A stretch of DNA of 64,000 bases from Candidatus Eiseniibacteriota bacterium (GTDB lineage: Bacteria > Eisenbacteria > RBG-16-71-46), in NCBI GenBank assembly GCA_963725865.1, contig CAVSAC010000019.1, positions 64,001-128,000 on the forward strand, written 5' to 3'. Shown here in pieces: positions 1-10,415 of this stretch; the first letter of the stretch is position 1, and the number at the start of each line of letters is the position of its first letter. The position numbers and the translations under genes were made by a program. The notes below the pieces were generated by a model that was given only the letters and a program-made list of their open reading frames with translations, was not told the origin of the DNA and did no database searches.

Positions 1-363
1 GAGTCGTTCGGGCCGCGCGTGACCGACCCGCGCCGCCTGCCGCGCGCAGGCACCCAGATGAACGGCGGCGCTCTGCGCGGCCACATCGTCTTCATCGACC
101 GCTTCGGCAACGCGCTGACCGACCTCTACGCCTACGAGATCGCGCGCCGCTTCCCCGGGGCGGGCGACACCGGCATCGAGGTCCACGTGGGCGGCCGGCG
201 CATTCGCGGGCTTGCGCGCGCCTACGGCGACTCGCCGGTCGGCACGCTGGTGGCGATCGTGGGTTCGAGCGGAGCACTCGAGATCGCGCAGGTCGGCGGC
301 CACGCCACCGAGCGGCTCGGACTCGGCGAGGGCGACGCGGTCGAGGTGCGCACGATCGGTTGA
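1..363 (+). CDS. SAM hydroxide adenosyltransferase / SAM-dependent chlorinase-fluorinase family protein (DUF62), C-terminal part; 5' end outside window
   Basis: Frame open from base 1; motifs 'G.IVFIDRFGNALT' and 'YGDSPVG..VAIVGSSGALEIA...G.A...LGL..GD.V.V' match the family C-terminal domain. Confidence 0.85.
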   Translation, partial: ESFGPRVTDPRRLPRAGTQMNGGALRGHIVFIDRFGNALTDLYAYEIARRFPGAGDTGIEVHVGGRRIRGLARAYGDSPVGTLVAIVGSSGALEIAQVGGHATERLGLGEGDAVEVRTIG

Positions 364-373
364 GCGGCTTCGC

Positions 374-1588
374 TCAGCGCATCACGACGCGGGTGACCGC
401 CTGCGTGCCGCCGGCCCGCGCGCGCACCAGATAGACGCCGGGCGGGACGCGCGCGCCCGCACGGTCGCGCCCCTCCCACGGCAGCGTGCGGACCCCGGCC
501 TCGGCGCGCCCGCGGAACAGGGTCGCGACGCGGCGGCCCTGGGGATCGAGCACCTCCACGGTCAGCGGACCCGCGGCCGGGAGCGCGAGCGACACCCGCA
601 CGCCCGCGTCGGCCGGGTTGGGCGAGGCCGCGGCGAACGCCAGTCGCGGGGCGCGCGCCTCGCCCTCCACGCCCAGATCGCCGAACGGATGCTCGAGCAG
701 GGGGTTCATGACCAGGCCCTGCACCAGCGGCGTGGGAATGCCCAGCAGCACGCCGATCGTGGGGATCAGGTCCTGCTGGCTGAGGCTCACGGTGGAGACC
801 TGCCCGATCTTGAAATCCGGGCCCACCGCGAGCAGCTCGATCCGACGGCATCCATTGCAGCCGTCGCCGTGGTTCTGGTAGCCGCCGCTGATGTCGTCGT
901 GACGCCCATGGTCGTTGGTCACGAACAGCGACGTCCGCCCGGCGAGGGCGGTGTCGGCCTGGATGCGGGCCCACAGGTCCCCGACCAGCGAGTCGGCGAA
1001 GTGGATGCCGCCCAGGTAGCCGGGCCAGTTCAGCTGATGGCCATAGGCGTCGGTGTCGTTCAGACCGATGCCCAGGATCGCCGGATGATCGCCGAACAGG
1101 TGCTGCCGCGCCCGCGCCATCACGTCGGCGTCGCCGTCGAAGCTGATGTCCACGGAGGCCGAGAACGGAGCGCCGTAGTCGGGGTGGTCGCTGTGCTCGA
1201 GGATGTCGAGCTTGGGCTTGCCCGCGACGAACCAGGTGTCCGAGGCCGGCGCGCCGGTCGCGGCGCGGTAGTACTCGAACACCGTCGGCGTATGGGGGCG
1301 TTCGAGCCCATCATTGGTGATCCGCTGAATGGCGCCGGTGAACAGCGTCGCGAACCCCGGACAGGTGCTGGTGATTCCGAGGTTGTAGAACGGCGTCTGG
1401 CAGCCCTGCGGGGCGAGGACGTTGCCCTGGGCCGGCACGTTCGCGAACGTGGGATCGCCCAGGGTCTCGGTGTAGCGCGCCCCGTCGATCACCACCACCA
1501 CCACGTGTCGGGTCGCGTAGGCCGCTGCGGAGCAGGGAGCGGACACGAGCAGGAGTGTGAGCAGGGCGAGCAGACGACACACCAGCAT
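374..1588 (-). CDS. Secreted alkaline phosphatase/sulfatase-superfamily protein with C-terminal FlgD-Ig (T9SS-CTD-like) domain
   Basis: Signal peptide; 'VVVVIDGAR', 'TCPGFATLFTG', 'DAYGH', 'TNDHGRH' AlkP motifs; tail 'SPNP...VLDPQGRRVATL...WEGRDRAG...PGVYLVR'. Confidence 0.8.
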   Translation of the reverse strand: MLVCRLLALLTLLLVSAPCSAAAYATRHVVVVVIDGARYTETLGDPTFANVPAQGNVLAPQGCQTPFYNLGITSTCPGFATLFTGAIQRITNDGLERPHTPTVFEYYRAATGAPASDTWFVAGKPKLDILEHSDHPDYGAPFSASVDISFDGDADVMARARQHLFGDHPAILGIGLNDTDAYGHQLNWPGYLGGIHFADSLVGDLWARIQADTALAGRTSLFVTNDHGRHDDISGGYQNHGDGCNGCRRIELLAVGPDFKIGQVSTVSLSQQDLIPTIGVLLGIPTPLVQGLVMNPLLEHPFGDLGVEGEARAPRLAFAAASPNPADAGVRVSLALPAAGPLTVEVLDPQGRRVATLFRGRAEAGVRTLPWEGRDRAGARVPPGVYLVRARAGGTQAVTRVVMR

Positions 1589-1817
1589 GGGCGCTCCGCG
1601 GTGAATGCGCGAGGGCCGCTCGGGCGGCGGGATCTCGGACGGCAGCCCGATGGGTGGAGTCTAGCATCGGGTGTCGGGGATCCCCATCGGTGATCGCTCC
1701 CGGACGATGGCCCGAAGGCGGGTCGGAGCCCGTGGATGATCCGTTCGCGTGCGCTGATGGGGTGCTACTCTAAAGCCGAACGCAGGATGCGTTGACCGCC
1801 ATGTGGGGGGCCGCTCC

Positions 1818-3992
1818 ATGGGTCTTCGGCCGCACGGCGAGTTCCCCCCGGACCGCTCCATTGTCCTCCGCCGATTCCGTTCGGCGACGCTGTTGGTGAT
1901 CGCGCTGCTCCCCGCGTTTCCGCGTGCCGGTGGCGCCGCGCCGGCGAACATCACGCTGCAGGTGCGCGATGCTCAGGGCGCCCCGCTGCCGGCGCGCGTG
2001 AACGTGAAGACCGCCTCGGACGCGTGGCCGAGCCTGCCGGACACGGCACTCCTCAGTCGCGAGCTGCATGGCCGGTACTTCTACACCGAGGGCGACGTGG
2101 TCATTCCGGCGAGCACCGCGCCGACGCACCTCGTCGTGGGGCAGGGATTCGAGCGGGCACCGGCCGACCTGTGGATCACGCCCGCGCGCGACACCACCGT
2201 CACGGTGGTGCTCCCGCGCCTCGTGAACCTGCGCGCGTCCGGCTGGTACGGGGCGGATCTGCACGTCCACACCCGCCACGGCGAGCTGGAGTACGCGCTC
2301 ACTCCCACCCAACTGAGACGCGTCGCACGCGCCGAGGACCTCGCGGTGCTGTTCGCGCTCGACCAGGGCAGCGAGTTCACGGGCGGTGCGCACGCGGTGT
2401 CGGACAGCGTGTGCATCCTCGACTACAGCTACGAGTACCGCACCGGCGTCTACGGACACGTCGAGCTGCCCGGCCTTCACCTGGCGCTGGGCCCCACCGG
2501 CTGCTGCGTGGCGCCGGCGCCCCCTTACCCGATGCTGCTCGACCAGGCGCGCTGGGTCCACGCCACCGGCGGCGGTGTGATGGTGCTCGGCCATCCCCAT
2601 ACCACGGACGACTACGATCAGCTCTGCTGCTGGCCCGGCAGTGGGCTCGGGCGCGAGCTGCCGGTGCTCGCCGCTCTGCGGCAGCTCGACGGCGTCGGCC
2701 TGGGTTCGTACAGCAACCAGCCGGAGGTCGACGCCACCGACTGGTTCGATCTGCTCTCGGCGGGCTTCAGCGTACCGCCGACCGCCGGGACCGACGCGGC
2801 GATCAACCACGTGCACGGCGCGCCGCCCGGCGGCTGGCGGGTCTACACCCAGCTGCCGCCCGGGATGCCGTTCACGCTCGATGCCTGGCTCGCGGGCCTG
2901 CGGCGCGGCCGCTGCTTCGTGACCAGCCAGCCGCTCATCGAGGTGTTCGACGTCGCGGGGCGCGGCATGGGCGACTCGCTCGAGGTGACGACGGACTCAC
3001 TGGTGGCGCCCGTGCACCTGCGCGTCACCTGCGCCCTGGGACTGGAGCGGGTCGAGCTGCTGACCGACGCCGGCGCCGCGTGGCAGTGGGAGTTCGACGG
3101 CGGCGTCCACCCGATCTCGCTCGACACCACGTTCACGCTGCGCGCGCCGACCCCGTCGTGGCTGGTGCTGCGCGTCGAGGGATTGCTGGGCAGCGCGCGC
3201 ATCGACGCCGCAGAGGACGCCGCGTACGGGAACGCGCTGCGCGTCACCCATGGCGGCGTGGCACTGAGCCGGCCGTGCGCGATGGCGCGCTGGTGCGACG
3301 ACCTGGACCAGCTCGAGAGCCTGATCGCGAGCCAGGGCACGCTGGTGCTCGCGTGGCAGCGCGATTCGGTCATGACGCGGATCGCCCAGGCCCGGCAGGT
3401 GTTCACGGCGCCGTTCCGTAGCGCGCCGGCGCCGTTCGCGATGATCATGCCGCCGCCGAACGACACCCTGTACGGCGCCGCGTCATGGCGGTCCGCCGAC
3501 GATCCCGATCCGTGCGATCGCGTCCGCTACGTGGTGCGAGTGGCGGGTGACTCGTCGCTGGCAGGGGCGTGGGAGCAGGGCACCAGCGAGACCTCGCTCG
3601 CGCTTCCGGGGCTGGAGAAGAACCGCGGCTACTGGATCGCCGTCGACGCCGTGGATCGCGCCGGCAACGCGCGCCGCGCCGGCGGGGCGGCGCAGTGGTT
3701 CTTCGTGCCCGGCGACTCCAGCCTGCTGGCCACCCCACCCGGGCCGACGATCTCGACGCCGCGCGCGTTTCCCAATCCCACCCGGGGGTCGGTGCAACTG
3801 ATCGGGCTCGGGCGCGATGCCGTGGTCTACGACATGGCGGGTCGCCGAGTGGCCGCGCTGGGCCGCGGCCTGACCTGGTCGCCCGCGGGTCCCCGGTGGG
3901 ACGGGCGCGACCGGGGCCAGGCGGCCGCGCCGGGCGTCTACTGGGCCGGCGGCGCGACCGGCGCGCGCGTGCGCATCGTGCGCCTGCGCTGA
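1818..3992 (+). CDS. Secreted CehA/McbA-like PHP-family metallohydrolase with Fn3-like region and FlgD-Ig-like tail (start uncertain)
   Basis: 'GWYGADLHVHTRH', 'LGHPH', 'W..LL..G......AGTDA', 'GLRRGR.FVT' motifs; tail 'FPNP...VYDMAGRRV...WDGRD...PGVYW'. Confidence 0.75.
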   Translation: MGLRPHGEFPPDRSIVLRRFRSATLLVIALLPAFPRAGGAAPANITLQVRDAQGAPLPARVNVKTASDAWPSLPDTALLSRELHGRYFYTEGDVVIPASTAPTHLVVGQGFERAPADLWITPARDTTVTVVLPRLVNLRASGWYGADLHVHTRHGELEYALTPTQLRRVARAEDLAVLFALDQGSEFTGGAHAVSDSVCILDYSYEYRTGVYGHVELPGLHLALGPTGCCVAPAPPYPMLLDQARWVHATGGGVMVLGHPHTTDDYDQLCCWPGSGLGRELPVLAALRQLDGVGLGSYSNQPEVDATDWFDLLSAGFSVPPTAGTDAAINHVHGAPPGGWRVYTQLPPGMPFTLDAWLAGLRRGRCFVTSQPLIEVFDVAGRGMGDSLEVTTDSLVAPVHLRVTCALGLERVELLTDAGAAWQWEFDGGVHPISLDTTFTLRAPTPSWLVLRVEGLLGSARIDAAEDAAYGNALRVTHGGVALSRPCAMARWCDDLDQLESLIASQGTLVLAWQRDSVMTRIAQARQVFTAPFRSAPAPFAMIMPPPNDTLYGAASWRSADDPDPCDRVRYVVRVAGDSSLAGAWEQGTSETSLALPGLEKNRGYWIAVDAVDRAGNARRAGGAAQWFFVPGDSSLLATPPGPTISTPRAFPNPTRGSVQLIGLGRDAVVYDMAGRRVAALGRGLTWSPAGPRWDGRDRGQAAAPGVYWAGGATGARVRIVRLR

Positions 3993-4023
3993 CCGCGGCC
4001 GCCGCACCCGCGGCCGCACGCGT

Positions 4024-4058
4024 CGAGGCCCCGGTGGGATGAACCCACCGGGGCCTCG
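4024..4058. terminator. Intrinsic (probably bidirectional) terminator between convergent genes
   Basis: Perfect 15-bp inverted repeat CGAGGCCCCGGTGGG-atgaa-CCCACCGGGGCCTCG followed by TTT. Confidence 0.75.
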
Positions 4059-4079
4059 TTTCGTCGCGGCGCCGGGCGA

Positions 4080-5717
4080 CTACCGGTGCGGGGTCGTCGT
4101 CGCGGCGGCGCGGCGCGGCTCGGAGAAGTCCCCGGACATCAGCTTGGCCGCCTGCGGGAACAGCTCGAGCGCCTGCTGGAGCTGCGAGTCGTCCTCGACG
4201 CGGATCTTGTAGGCCTCCTGCGTGCTCTTGAGCGCCGCGCTCGCCAGCTCGGCGCGGACCTGGAGCAGCATGAACGGCCGGTCCGCCTTCCAGACCGAGT
4301 CGCTCAGCGCGACCTTGCGCGTGTCCATCACCTTGTGCAGCTCGCTCCACTCGCCGTCGGGCAGGCTGAAGCTCCTGCCGAACGACTCGGGCGCCCAGGT
4401 GGCGTCCTTGTGGCGCGTCAGGTAGTGGGTGGCGTACTCGAAGAACACGCGCTTGGTGATCATGTCGAGCTGCGGCCTGGTGTAGTTCGGCGGCTCGTGG
4501 ATGAGCACGTCCGGATAGATGCCGCCGCCGCCGTACACCTGGCGGCCGCCCGCGGTCTTGAACTTGGGCAGCGTCGCGAGCACCGAGTCGCTCGGCACCT
4601 CGACCTTGTACGCGTCCATCGCGTACTGGTCGCGGTCCTCGAACTTGGTGTAGTCGCGCTGGATCAGCCGGCCGCTCGGCGTGTAGTAGTGCGCGATCGT
4701 CAGCAGCAGCTTGCTGCCGTCGGTGAGCCGTAGCTGGTTCTGGACCAGCCCCTTGCCGAACGAGTTGGTGCCCGCCACGATTCCGCGGTCGAGGTCCTGC
4801 ACCGCGCCCGCGACGATCTCGGAGGCCGACGCGCTGCCGTGGTCGGTCAGCACCACGATCGGCACGTTCGCGATCTTGGGCCGGTCGCTGCTGCGGTAGT
4901 CGGCGTTCGCCGACGGGATGCGGCCGCGCGTGTACACGAGCAGCTTGTCGGGCGGGATGACCTGATCGAGCACGTCCACCGCCTGCGACAGCAGGCCACC
5001 CGAGTTCGAGCGCAGGTCGACGAGCAGCGACTTCATGCCCTGGCCCTTGAGCTTGTCGATCGCGGTCGCCAGCTCCTCGCCCGTGGTCTGCGAGAACCGG
5101 ATGATGCGGACGTACCCGATGCCCGGCCGGATCATGTACGAGTAGGGCACGCTCTCGATCGGGATCTTCGCGCGCTCGATGGTGAAGTGCATCGGCGCGC
5201 TCTCCTCGTCGCGCAGGATGGTCACGTTCACGGTCGAGCCGGTGGGGCCGCGCAGCAGCTTGAACACGTCGTCGTTCGTGATGCTCTTGGCGAGCGGCTT
5301 GTCGTCCACCTCGACGATGCGGTCGCCGGCGCGGATGCCGAGCCGGTAGGCGGGCGTGCCCTCGAGCGGCGAGATCACCACGATCGCGCCGTCGCGCAGG
5401 TCGAACTGGATGCCGATGCCGGAGTACTCGCCCGAGAACTCCTCGTCCATCCGCTGCGCGCGGACCGCCGGCAGGTAGACGGTGTGCGGGTCGAGCGTCT
5501 TGAGCATGCCGTCGATGGCGCCCTTGATGAGCTTCTGGTTGTCGGGGGCCTCGACGTAGTTGTTCTGCACCAGGTAGAGCACCTGCGAGAACAGGTCGAG
5601 CTGGCTGCGCAGATCGTCGAGCGCGTTCAGGCCGCGCGCGAGACCGAAGCCGAGCAGCAGCGAGAGTGCCATCCCGACGAGGAGCGGGCCCGGCGAGTTG
5701 CGACGGAAGATGGCCAT
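4080..5717 (-). CDS. ctpA: Carboxy-terminal processing protease, S41 family (PDZ + peptidase)
   Basis: 'LDPHT.Y', 'YSGIGI' PDZ, 'DLRSNSGGLL', 'SASASEIVAGAVQD', 'SFGKGLVQ', 'YYTPSGRLIQ'. Confidence 0.92.
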   Translation of the reverse strand: MAIFRRNSPGPLLVGMALSLLLGFGLARGLNALDDLRSQLDLFSQVLYLVQNNYVEAPDNQKLIKGAIDGMLKTLDPHTVYLPAVRAQRMDEEFSGEYSGIGIQFDLRDGAIVVISPLEGTPAYRLGIRAGDRIVEVDDKPLAKSITNDDVFKLLRGPTGSTVNVTILRDEESAPMHFTIERAKIPIESVPYSYMIRPGIGYVRIIRFSQTTGEELATAIDKLKGQGMKSLLVDLRSNSGGLLSQAVDVLDQVIPPDKLLVYTRGRIPSANADYRSSDRPKIANVPIVVLTDHGSASASEIVAGAVQDLDRGIVAGTNSFGKGLVQNQLRLTDGSKLLLTIAHYYTPSGRLIQRDYTKFEDRDQYAMDAYKVEVPSDSVLATLPKFKTAGGRQVYGGGGIYPDVLIHEPPNYTRPQLDMITKRVFFEYATHYLTRHKDATWAPESFGRSFSLPDGEWSELHKVMDTRKVALSDSVWKADRPFMLLQVRAELASAALKSTQEAYKIRVEDDSQLQQALELFPQAAKLMSGDFSEPRRAAATTTPHR

Positions 5718-5738
5718 CAGGGTCTCCGGTGGCGGTGT

Positions 5739-6914
5739 TCAGTGCGCCGGCGCGCCGGTCTTGATCCGGGCGAGGCGATCCACGGCCGCTTCGAGGGTCT
5801 CACGACGCCGCGCGAACTGGAAGCGCAGGCGCTGCCGGCCCGCGGCGGGGTCGGCGAAGAACGAGGAGCCCGGCACCGCGGCCACGCCGACCTTCGCCAC
5901 CAGGTGGCGCGCGAAGGCGACGTCGTCGTCGAAGCCGAACCCCGAGATATCCGTCATCACGTAGTACGCCCCGTGCGGGGCGAAGGCGCGGAAGCCGGCG
6001 GCCTCGAGCGCGGGCACCAGATAGTCGCGCTTCTCGCGGTAGCCGGCGGCGAGCGCCGTGTAATAGTCGTCCGGCAGCGCGAGCGCCGCCGCCGCCGCCT
6101 CCTGCAGCGGAGCGGGTGCGCCCACCGTGAGGAAGTCGTGCACCTTGCGAATCGCCGCCGTCAGCGCCGGCGGCGCCAGGCACCAGCCCACGCGCCAGCC
6201 CGTCACGCTGTACGTCTTGCTCACGCCGCTGATGGTCACGGTGCGCTCCCGCATGCCCTCGAGCGTGGCGAGCGGGATGTGGACCGTGCCGTCGTACAGG
6301 ATGTGCTCGTAGATCTCGTCGGTGACGGCCACCACGTCCCACTTCCGGCACAGCGCCGCGATGTGCTCCAGCTCCGCGCGCGCGAACACCTTGCCCGTGG
6401 GATTGTTGGGAGTGTTGATGACGATCGCCTTGGTCCGGTTCGAGAACGCCGCCTCGAGCTCGGCCGGGTCGTAGTGCCAGTCGGGCTCGCGCAGCCGCAC
6501 GAAGCGCGGAGTGGCGCCGCACAGCACCGCGTCGGGACCGTAGTTCTCGTAGAACGGCTCGAAGACCACGACCTCCTCGCCCGGGTCCACCAGCGCCATC
6601 AGCGTGGCCGCCATGCACTCGGTCGAGCCGCAGCAGACGGTGATCTCGGTCTCGGGGTCGTACGCCGGCCCGCCGAAGCGGCGCGTCTTGGCCACCAGCG
6701 CGTCCCGCAGGCGCTTGGCGCCCCACGTGATGGCGTACTGGTTGACGTCCGCGCGCACCGCCGCCATCGCGGCGTCCTTGATCGCCTCGGGCGCCGGGAA
6801 GTCGGGGAAGCCCTGGGCGAGGTTGACGCCACCATGCTGGTTGCAGAGCCGGGTCATCTCGCGGATGACGGACTCTGTGAACCGGCGGCTGCGCTGGGAG
6901 GTCTGGTCACGCAT
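5739..6914 (-). CDS. PLP-dependent class I/II aminotransferase (methionine/kynurenine aminotransferase-like)
   Basis: 'NLAQGFPDF', 'INTPNNPTG', 'DEIYE', 'SKTYSVTGWRVG'; real start is ATG 6914 (or 6926), not the long upstream extension. Confidence 0.9.
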   Translation of the reverse strand: MRDQTSQRSRRFTESVIREMTRLCNQHGGVNLAQGFPDFPAPEAIKDAAMAAVRADVNQYAITWGAKRLRDALVAKTRRFGGPAYDPETEITVCCGSTECMAATLMALVDPGEEVVVFEPFYENYGPDAVLCGATPRFVRLREPDWHYDPAELEAAFSNRTKAIVINTPNNPTGKVFARAELEHIAALCRKWDVVAVTDEIYEHILYDGTVHIPLATLEGMRERTVTISGVSKTYSVTGWRVGWCLAPPALTAAIRKVHDFLTVGAPAPLQEAAAAALALPDDYYTALAAGYREKRDYLVPALEAAGFRAFAPHGAYYVMTDISGFGFDDDVAFARHLVAKVGVAAVPGSSFFADPAAGRQRLRFQFARRRETLEAAVDRLARIKTGAPAH

Positions 6915-7012
6915 GCGAGCGGACATTCTAGCGGCTGCCCGCCGGCCGCGCGACGTGCAAGATGCACCGGCGCCGCAGAACCTCCGCCCGGTGCCGACCG
7001 CGGCCGCGAGGT

Positions 7013-7041
7013 TTGACATCGCCATGTCCCTCCCCCACCTT
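7013..7041 (+). promoter_or_regulatory. Putative sigma70 promoter of nagZ, implying a leaderless transcript
   Basis: TTGACA-N17-CACCTT ending 8 nt before the ATG at 7050; no SD sequence visible. Confidence 0.4.
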
Positions 7042-7049
7042 CCGGCGCC

Positions 7050-8483
7050 ATGGACGGACAGCGCGTCATCGCCCGCCGCATGGTGATCGGCCTGCCGCCG
7101 GACGGCCTGGCGCCGGCTTGGGAGAAGGACTTCGCCGCCTACACGCCCGCCGGCGTGATCCTGTTCCGGCGCGACTTCGCCTCGCTCGACGCGCTGCGCG
7201 CGCTCACCAGCCGGCTGCGCGCGCTGGCGCAGCCGCGCCGCATCTTCATCGCGATCGACGAGGAGGGCGGCCACGTCTCGCAGCTCGGCGGGCACCTGCT
7301 GGTGCCGCCGAACGCGGCGCTGCTCGCGCGCGGCGCCGCGCCCGGCGACCTGGAGTGGGCCGCGCGCGTCACCGGCGAGCGCCTGCGTGCGCTCGGCATC
7401 GACTGGGCGTTCGCGCCGGTCGCCGACGTGGCGAGCGAGCCGCTCAATCCCGTGATCGGCCCGCGCGCGTACGGCACCACGCCGGCCGCCGTGGCCGCGG
7501 CGCTGGACGAGGTGCTGCGCGGATTCCGCGCCGCGCGGGTGGCGACCTGCCTCAAGCACTTCCCCGGCCACGGCGACACCGTGCTCGACTCGCACCTCGC
7601 GCTGCCCGCCTGCCGCGCCGATCGCGCGACGCTCGAAGCGCGCGAGCTGGCGCCGTTCCGCGCCCATCGCGACGCGCCCGCGGTGATGACGGCGCACGTG
7701 ATGTACCCGGCGCTCGATCCCGAGCGGCCCGCCACGTTCTCGCACGCGATCGTCACGGGCGTGCTGCGCGAAGCGCTCGGCTTCGGCGGGATCGCGATCA
7801 CCGACGCGCTCGAGATGAAGGGCGCCGCCGAAGGCGGCACGCCGTTCGACCTCTCGAAGCGCGCACTCGAGGCCGGCTGCGATCTGCTGCTGTTCGCGTT
7901 CCACGACGACGCGGTGCGCCGCGTCCGGCTCCAGCTCGCCGACGCGCTGGTCGACGGCACGCTCGACCGCGCCGCGTTCGACGCCGCGCGGCCGCGGCTG
8001 GCGGCGTTCGACGCGGCGCACCCCGCGCCGGACGCGGACGACCTGGCGCGCCCGCTCGACTCGCTCACGCCGCCGGACTGGGCCGCGCGGCTCGACGCGA
8101 TCGGGCGCCACGGCCTGCTGGTGCGTGGCGCGCTGCCGCCAGCGGCCGCGCGGCTGCCGGTGCGCATCGAGGCGCCGGAGCCGGCCTACGGTGCTCCGCT
8201 CGCCGAGTTGCTGCGCGAGGCCGGCGTGCCGCTCGCCGGTCCCGCGGGCGACGCGCTCGCGCTGGTCGCCGTCGCCAGCCGCGTGCCACTCGCCGACGCG
8301 GAGCTCGCGCGCCTGCGCGAGCGCGCACGCCGGGCGCCGCTCGCGCTGTGCGGCCTGATGGCCGACGCGTTCCTCGACGCGGTGCCCGAGGCCGCGCTGC
8401 GCATCTCGGCCAGCGACGCCACGCCGGTCGCGCGGCGCGCGGTCGCCGCCGCGGTGGCCGCGGCACGCTCCGCGCCCGCCTGA
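7050..8483 (+). CDS. nagZ: Beta-N-acetylhexosaminidase (GH3)
   Basis: 'GVILFRR', 'IAIDEEGG.V', 'FAPVADV', 'KHFPGHGDT..DSH', 'MTAHV', 'ITDALEM'. Confidence 0.9.
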   Translation: MDGQRVIARRMVIGLPPDGLAPAWEKDFAAYTPAGVILFRRDFASLDALRALTSRLRALAQPRRIFIAIDEEGGHVSQLGGHLLVPPNAALLARGAAPGDLEWAARVTGERLRALGIDWAFAPVADVASEPLNPVIGPRAYGTTPAAVAAALDEVLRGFRAARVATCLKHFPGHGDTVLDSHLALPACRADRATLEARELAPFRAHRDAPAVMTAHVMYPALDPERPATFSHAIVTGVLREALGFGGIAITDALEMKGAAEGGTPFDLSKRALEAGCDLLLFAFHDDAVRRVRLQLADALVDGTLDRAAFDAARPRLAAFDAAHPAPDADDLARPLDSLTPPDWAARLDAIGRHGLLVRGALPPAAARLPVRIEAPEPAYGAPLAELLREAGVPLAGPAGDALALVAVASRVPLADAELARLRERARRAPLALCGLMADAFLDAVPEAALRISASDATPVARRAVAAAVAAARSAPA

Positions 8484-8521
8484 CCGCGGCGCGCGAGCCG
8501 CCGAGCCACGCCCGCGGCCGC

Positions 8522-10297
8522 CTACCGCAGCCGCACCGCCTTGCGGACGTCGTGCGTCGCGCCGGCGTCGAGTCGGATCCAGTAGGCGCCCGCCGGCACC
8601 CGCCGACCTTGTGCGTCGGCACCGTCCCACGACACGGTGTGGAGTCCGGCGCTCAGGCTCTGGTCCGCGAGCGTGCGCACCAGACGGCCCGCGAGGTCAC
8701 GCACCTCGAGCCGCGCCCGCCCCGCGCTCGCCAGCGCGAACCGCACCTGGGTGGCTCCCGCGGAGGGATTCGGCAGGCTCGCGAGCCGCGTGCCGATCGG
8801 CGTGTCCGGATCCCCGACCGCGGCCACGTCCAGCCGGCGCGTGAAGAACACGTCGAACAGCCCGCCCGGATTCCGCCGGTCCATCCACGTCATGCACGGG
8901 TCGTCGTCGCCGAGCAGCGCGATGCGCGGCAGCGCGTGCGAGACGTTGCTGCGGTCGGAGGTGAGCACCTGGTCGGCGCCGAACGAGGCGCCATCGTTCG
9001 TCGAGCGGTCCACGTAGCAGAACGTGGTGTCGGAGCGCCGGTCGAACCACGTCACGTGCACGTGGCCGAGCCGGTCGACGGCCAGCCGCGGCGGCCAGTC
9101 GAACGCGGCGTCGGCGTTCATCGCGACGTCGGTCACCCGCACCGCGGCGCCGAATGCCGTGCCGCCGGCGGGCGCGCGCGCGTAGCGGATGTCGTCGAGG
9201 AACGGCGCGGTGCTCGGATCGGCGTCGGCGCTCCAGTCGAGCCACGCGACGTGCAGGTTGCCGTGCCAGTCCGCGACCACGGTGGGCTGCTGCTGCACGC
9301 CCGTGGTATCGGAGTTCACGAGCACGTCGGAGTCGAACGAGCCTGCGCCGTCCGACGAGTGCGCGAGGCGGATGTCGCGGCTGGTGCCGCGCGCGTCCTC
9401 GAACGCGACCACCACGTCGCCGGTCGGCGCAACGGCGATCGAAGCGAACCCCTGCGCGACGTGGACGGAGTCCGGCAGGCCGTCCGCGCGCACCTTGGGT
9501 GCGAACGTCGCGCCGCCGTCGATCGAGCGCACCACCGAGACGTCGCTCGGGTCGCCGTCGGGCAGGTAGCGGTCGTAGTCGGTGAACGAGACGTACAGGT
9601 CGCCGTTGCGAGGGTCGGCCGCGAGGCAGGGCTGGAAGTGCCACGGATAGGTGCCCGAGCCGCCGCCGCTCGCCAGCACGTCGGTGCCCCACGTCGTGCC
9701 GCCATCGGTGGAGCGGTCGAAATAGCAGTCGATGCGCGCACCGAAGTCGAAGTCGCTGGTCCAGGCGCGGTAGTCGAACCACACGATGTCGATCGCGCCG
9801 TCGCGGTCGACCGCGATATCGGGCTGGTAGACCGAGAACGACGGCGGGTAGGCGACCGCGTCGTTGATGCGCACCGCGAGCGAAAACGTGAGCCCGCCGT
9901 CGGTGGAATGCGAGTACCAGACGGACTTCTGACTCTCGTCGCCGTTCCAGACCACGTGGATCACGCCGTCGGGCGAGACCGCGATGGCGGGCCCGGACTC
10001 GTCGACCAGGTCGCCGGGATCCACGTTCACCTGCACGTCGGGGAACGCGGAGTACGCGGCGTGCAGCGGGGACGCGAGCGCGCGGTCCCCCACGGCCGGT
10101 GCGCCGTCCGTCGCCATCCCGAGCCAGCGCGGCGGCGCGAACGGAGGAGCAACCGAAGCGGCCGCCGCGGTGGCGAGCAGGAGCGCGACGAGCGCGATCA
10201 TGAGGACGCAGGCATGCCGCGGAGGCGGGACGAAGTGGGTGAGATCGCGCTCGATGCCGGGATGGCGGGACGCGCGAACGGGAGGCTGGGTCGCCAT
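8522..10297 (-). CDS. Secreted BNR/Asp-box (sialidase-like) beta-propeller protein with FlgD-Ig-like tail
   Basis: Repeated S-x-D-G-G-x-T-F/W Asp boxes; hydrophobic signal segment; AGGAG SD before ATG 10297; tail 'LPNP...VRDLAGRLVRTL...WDGAD..GRRV..GAYW'. Confidence 0.8.
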   Translation of the reverse strand: MATQPPVRASRHPGIERDLTHFVPPPRHACVLMIALVALLLATAAAASVAPPFAPPRWLGMATDGAPAVGDRALASPLHAAYSAFPDVQVNVDPGDLVDESGPAIAVSPDGVIHVVWNGDESQKSVWYSHSTDGGLTFSLAVRINDAVAYPPSFSVYQPDIAVDRDGAIDIVWFDYRAWTSDFDFGARIDCYFDRSTDGGTTWGTDVLASGGGSGTYPWHFQPCLAADPRNGDLYVSFTDYDRYLPDGDPSDVSVVRSIDGGATFAPKVRADGLPDSVHVAQGFASIAVAPTGDVVVAFEDARGTSRDIRLAHSSDGAGSFDSDVLVNSDTTGVQQQPTVVADWHGNLHVAWLDWSADADPSTAPFLDDIRYARAPAGGTAFGAAVRVTDVAMNADAAFDWPPRLAVDRLGHVHVTWFDRRSDTTFCYVDRSTNDGASFGADQVLTSDRSNVSHALPRIALLGDDDPCMTWMDRRNPGGLFDVFFTRRLDVAAVGDPDTPIGTRLASLPNPSAGATQVRFALASAGRARLEVRDLAGRLVRTLADQSLSAGLHTVSWDGADAQGRRVPAGAYWIRLDAGATHDVRKAVRLR

Positions 10298-10415
10298 GAT
10301 GCTGTCTCCTCGGATGGGGCCGGATCCGGCGCGATCGTCCGATGAGGGGCGCGCGGAGTGGATGCGAGGGTCGATCCCCGTGGATGGGGCGGCCTGCTTC
10401 GCGGCGCGGGTGTCC

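Noticed and set aside
1..363. Halogenase (fluorinase/chlorinase) biosynthetic cluster
   Set aside because: Only the C-terminal part is visible, DUF62 SAM hydrolases are widespread, and there are no biosynthetic neighbours
6962..10345. Very long Arg/Ala/Gly-rich ORFs, e.g. 6962-10345 (+), 59299-62073 (+), 58553-61186 (-), 4839-7016 (+)
   Set aside because: Shadow or antisense frames of real genes in very high-GC DNA; no motifs and typical off-frame composition
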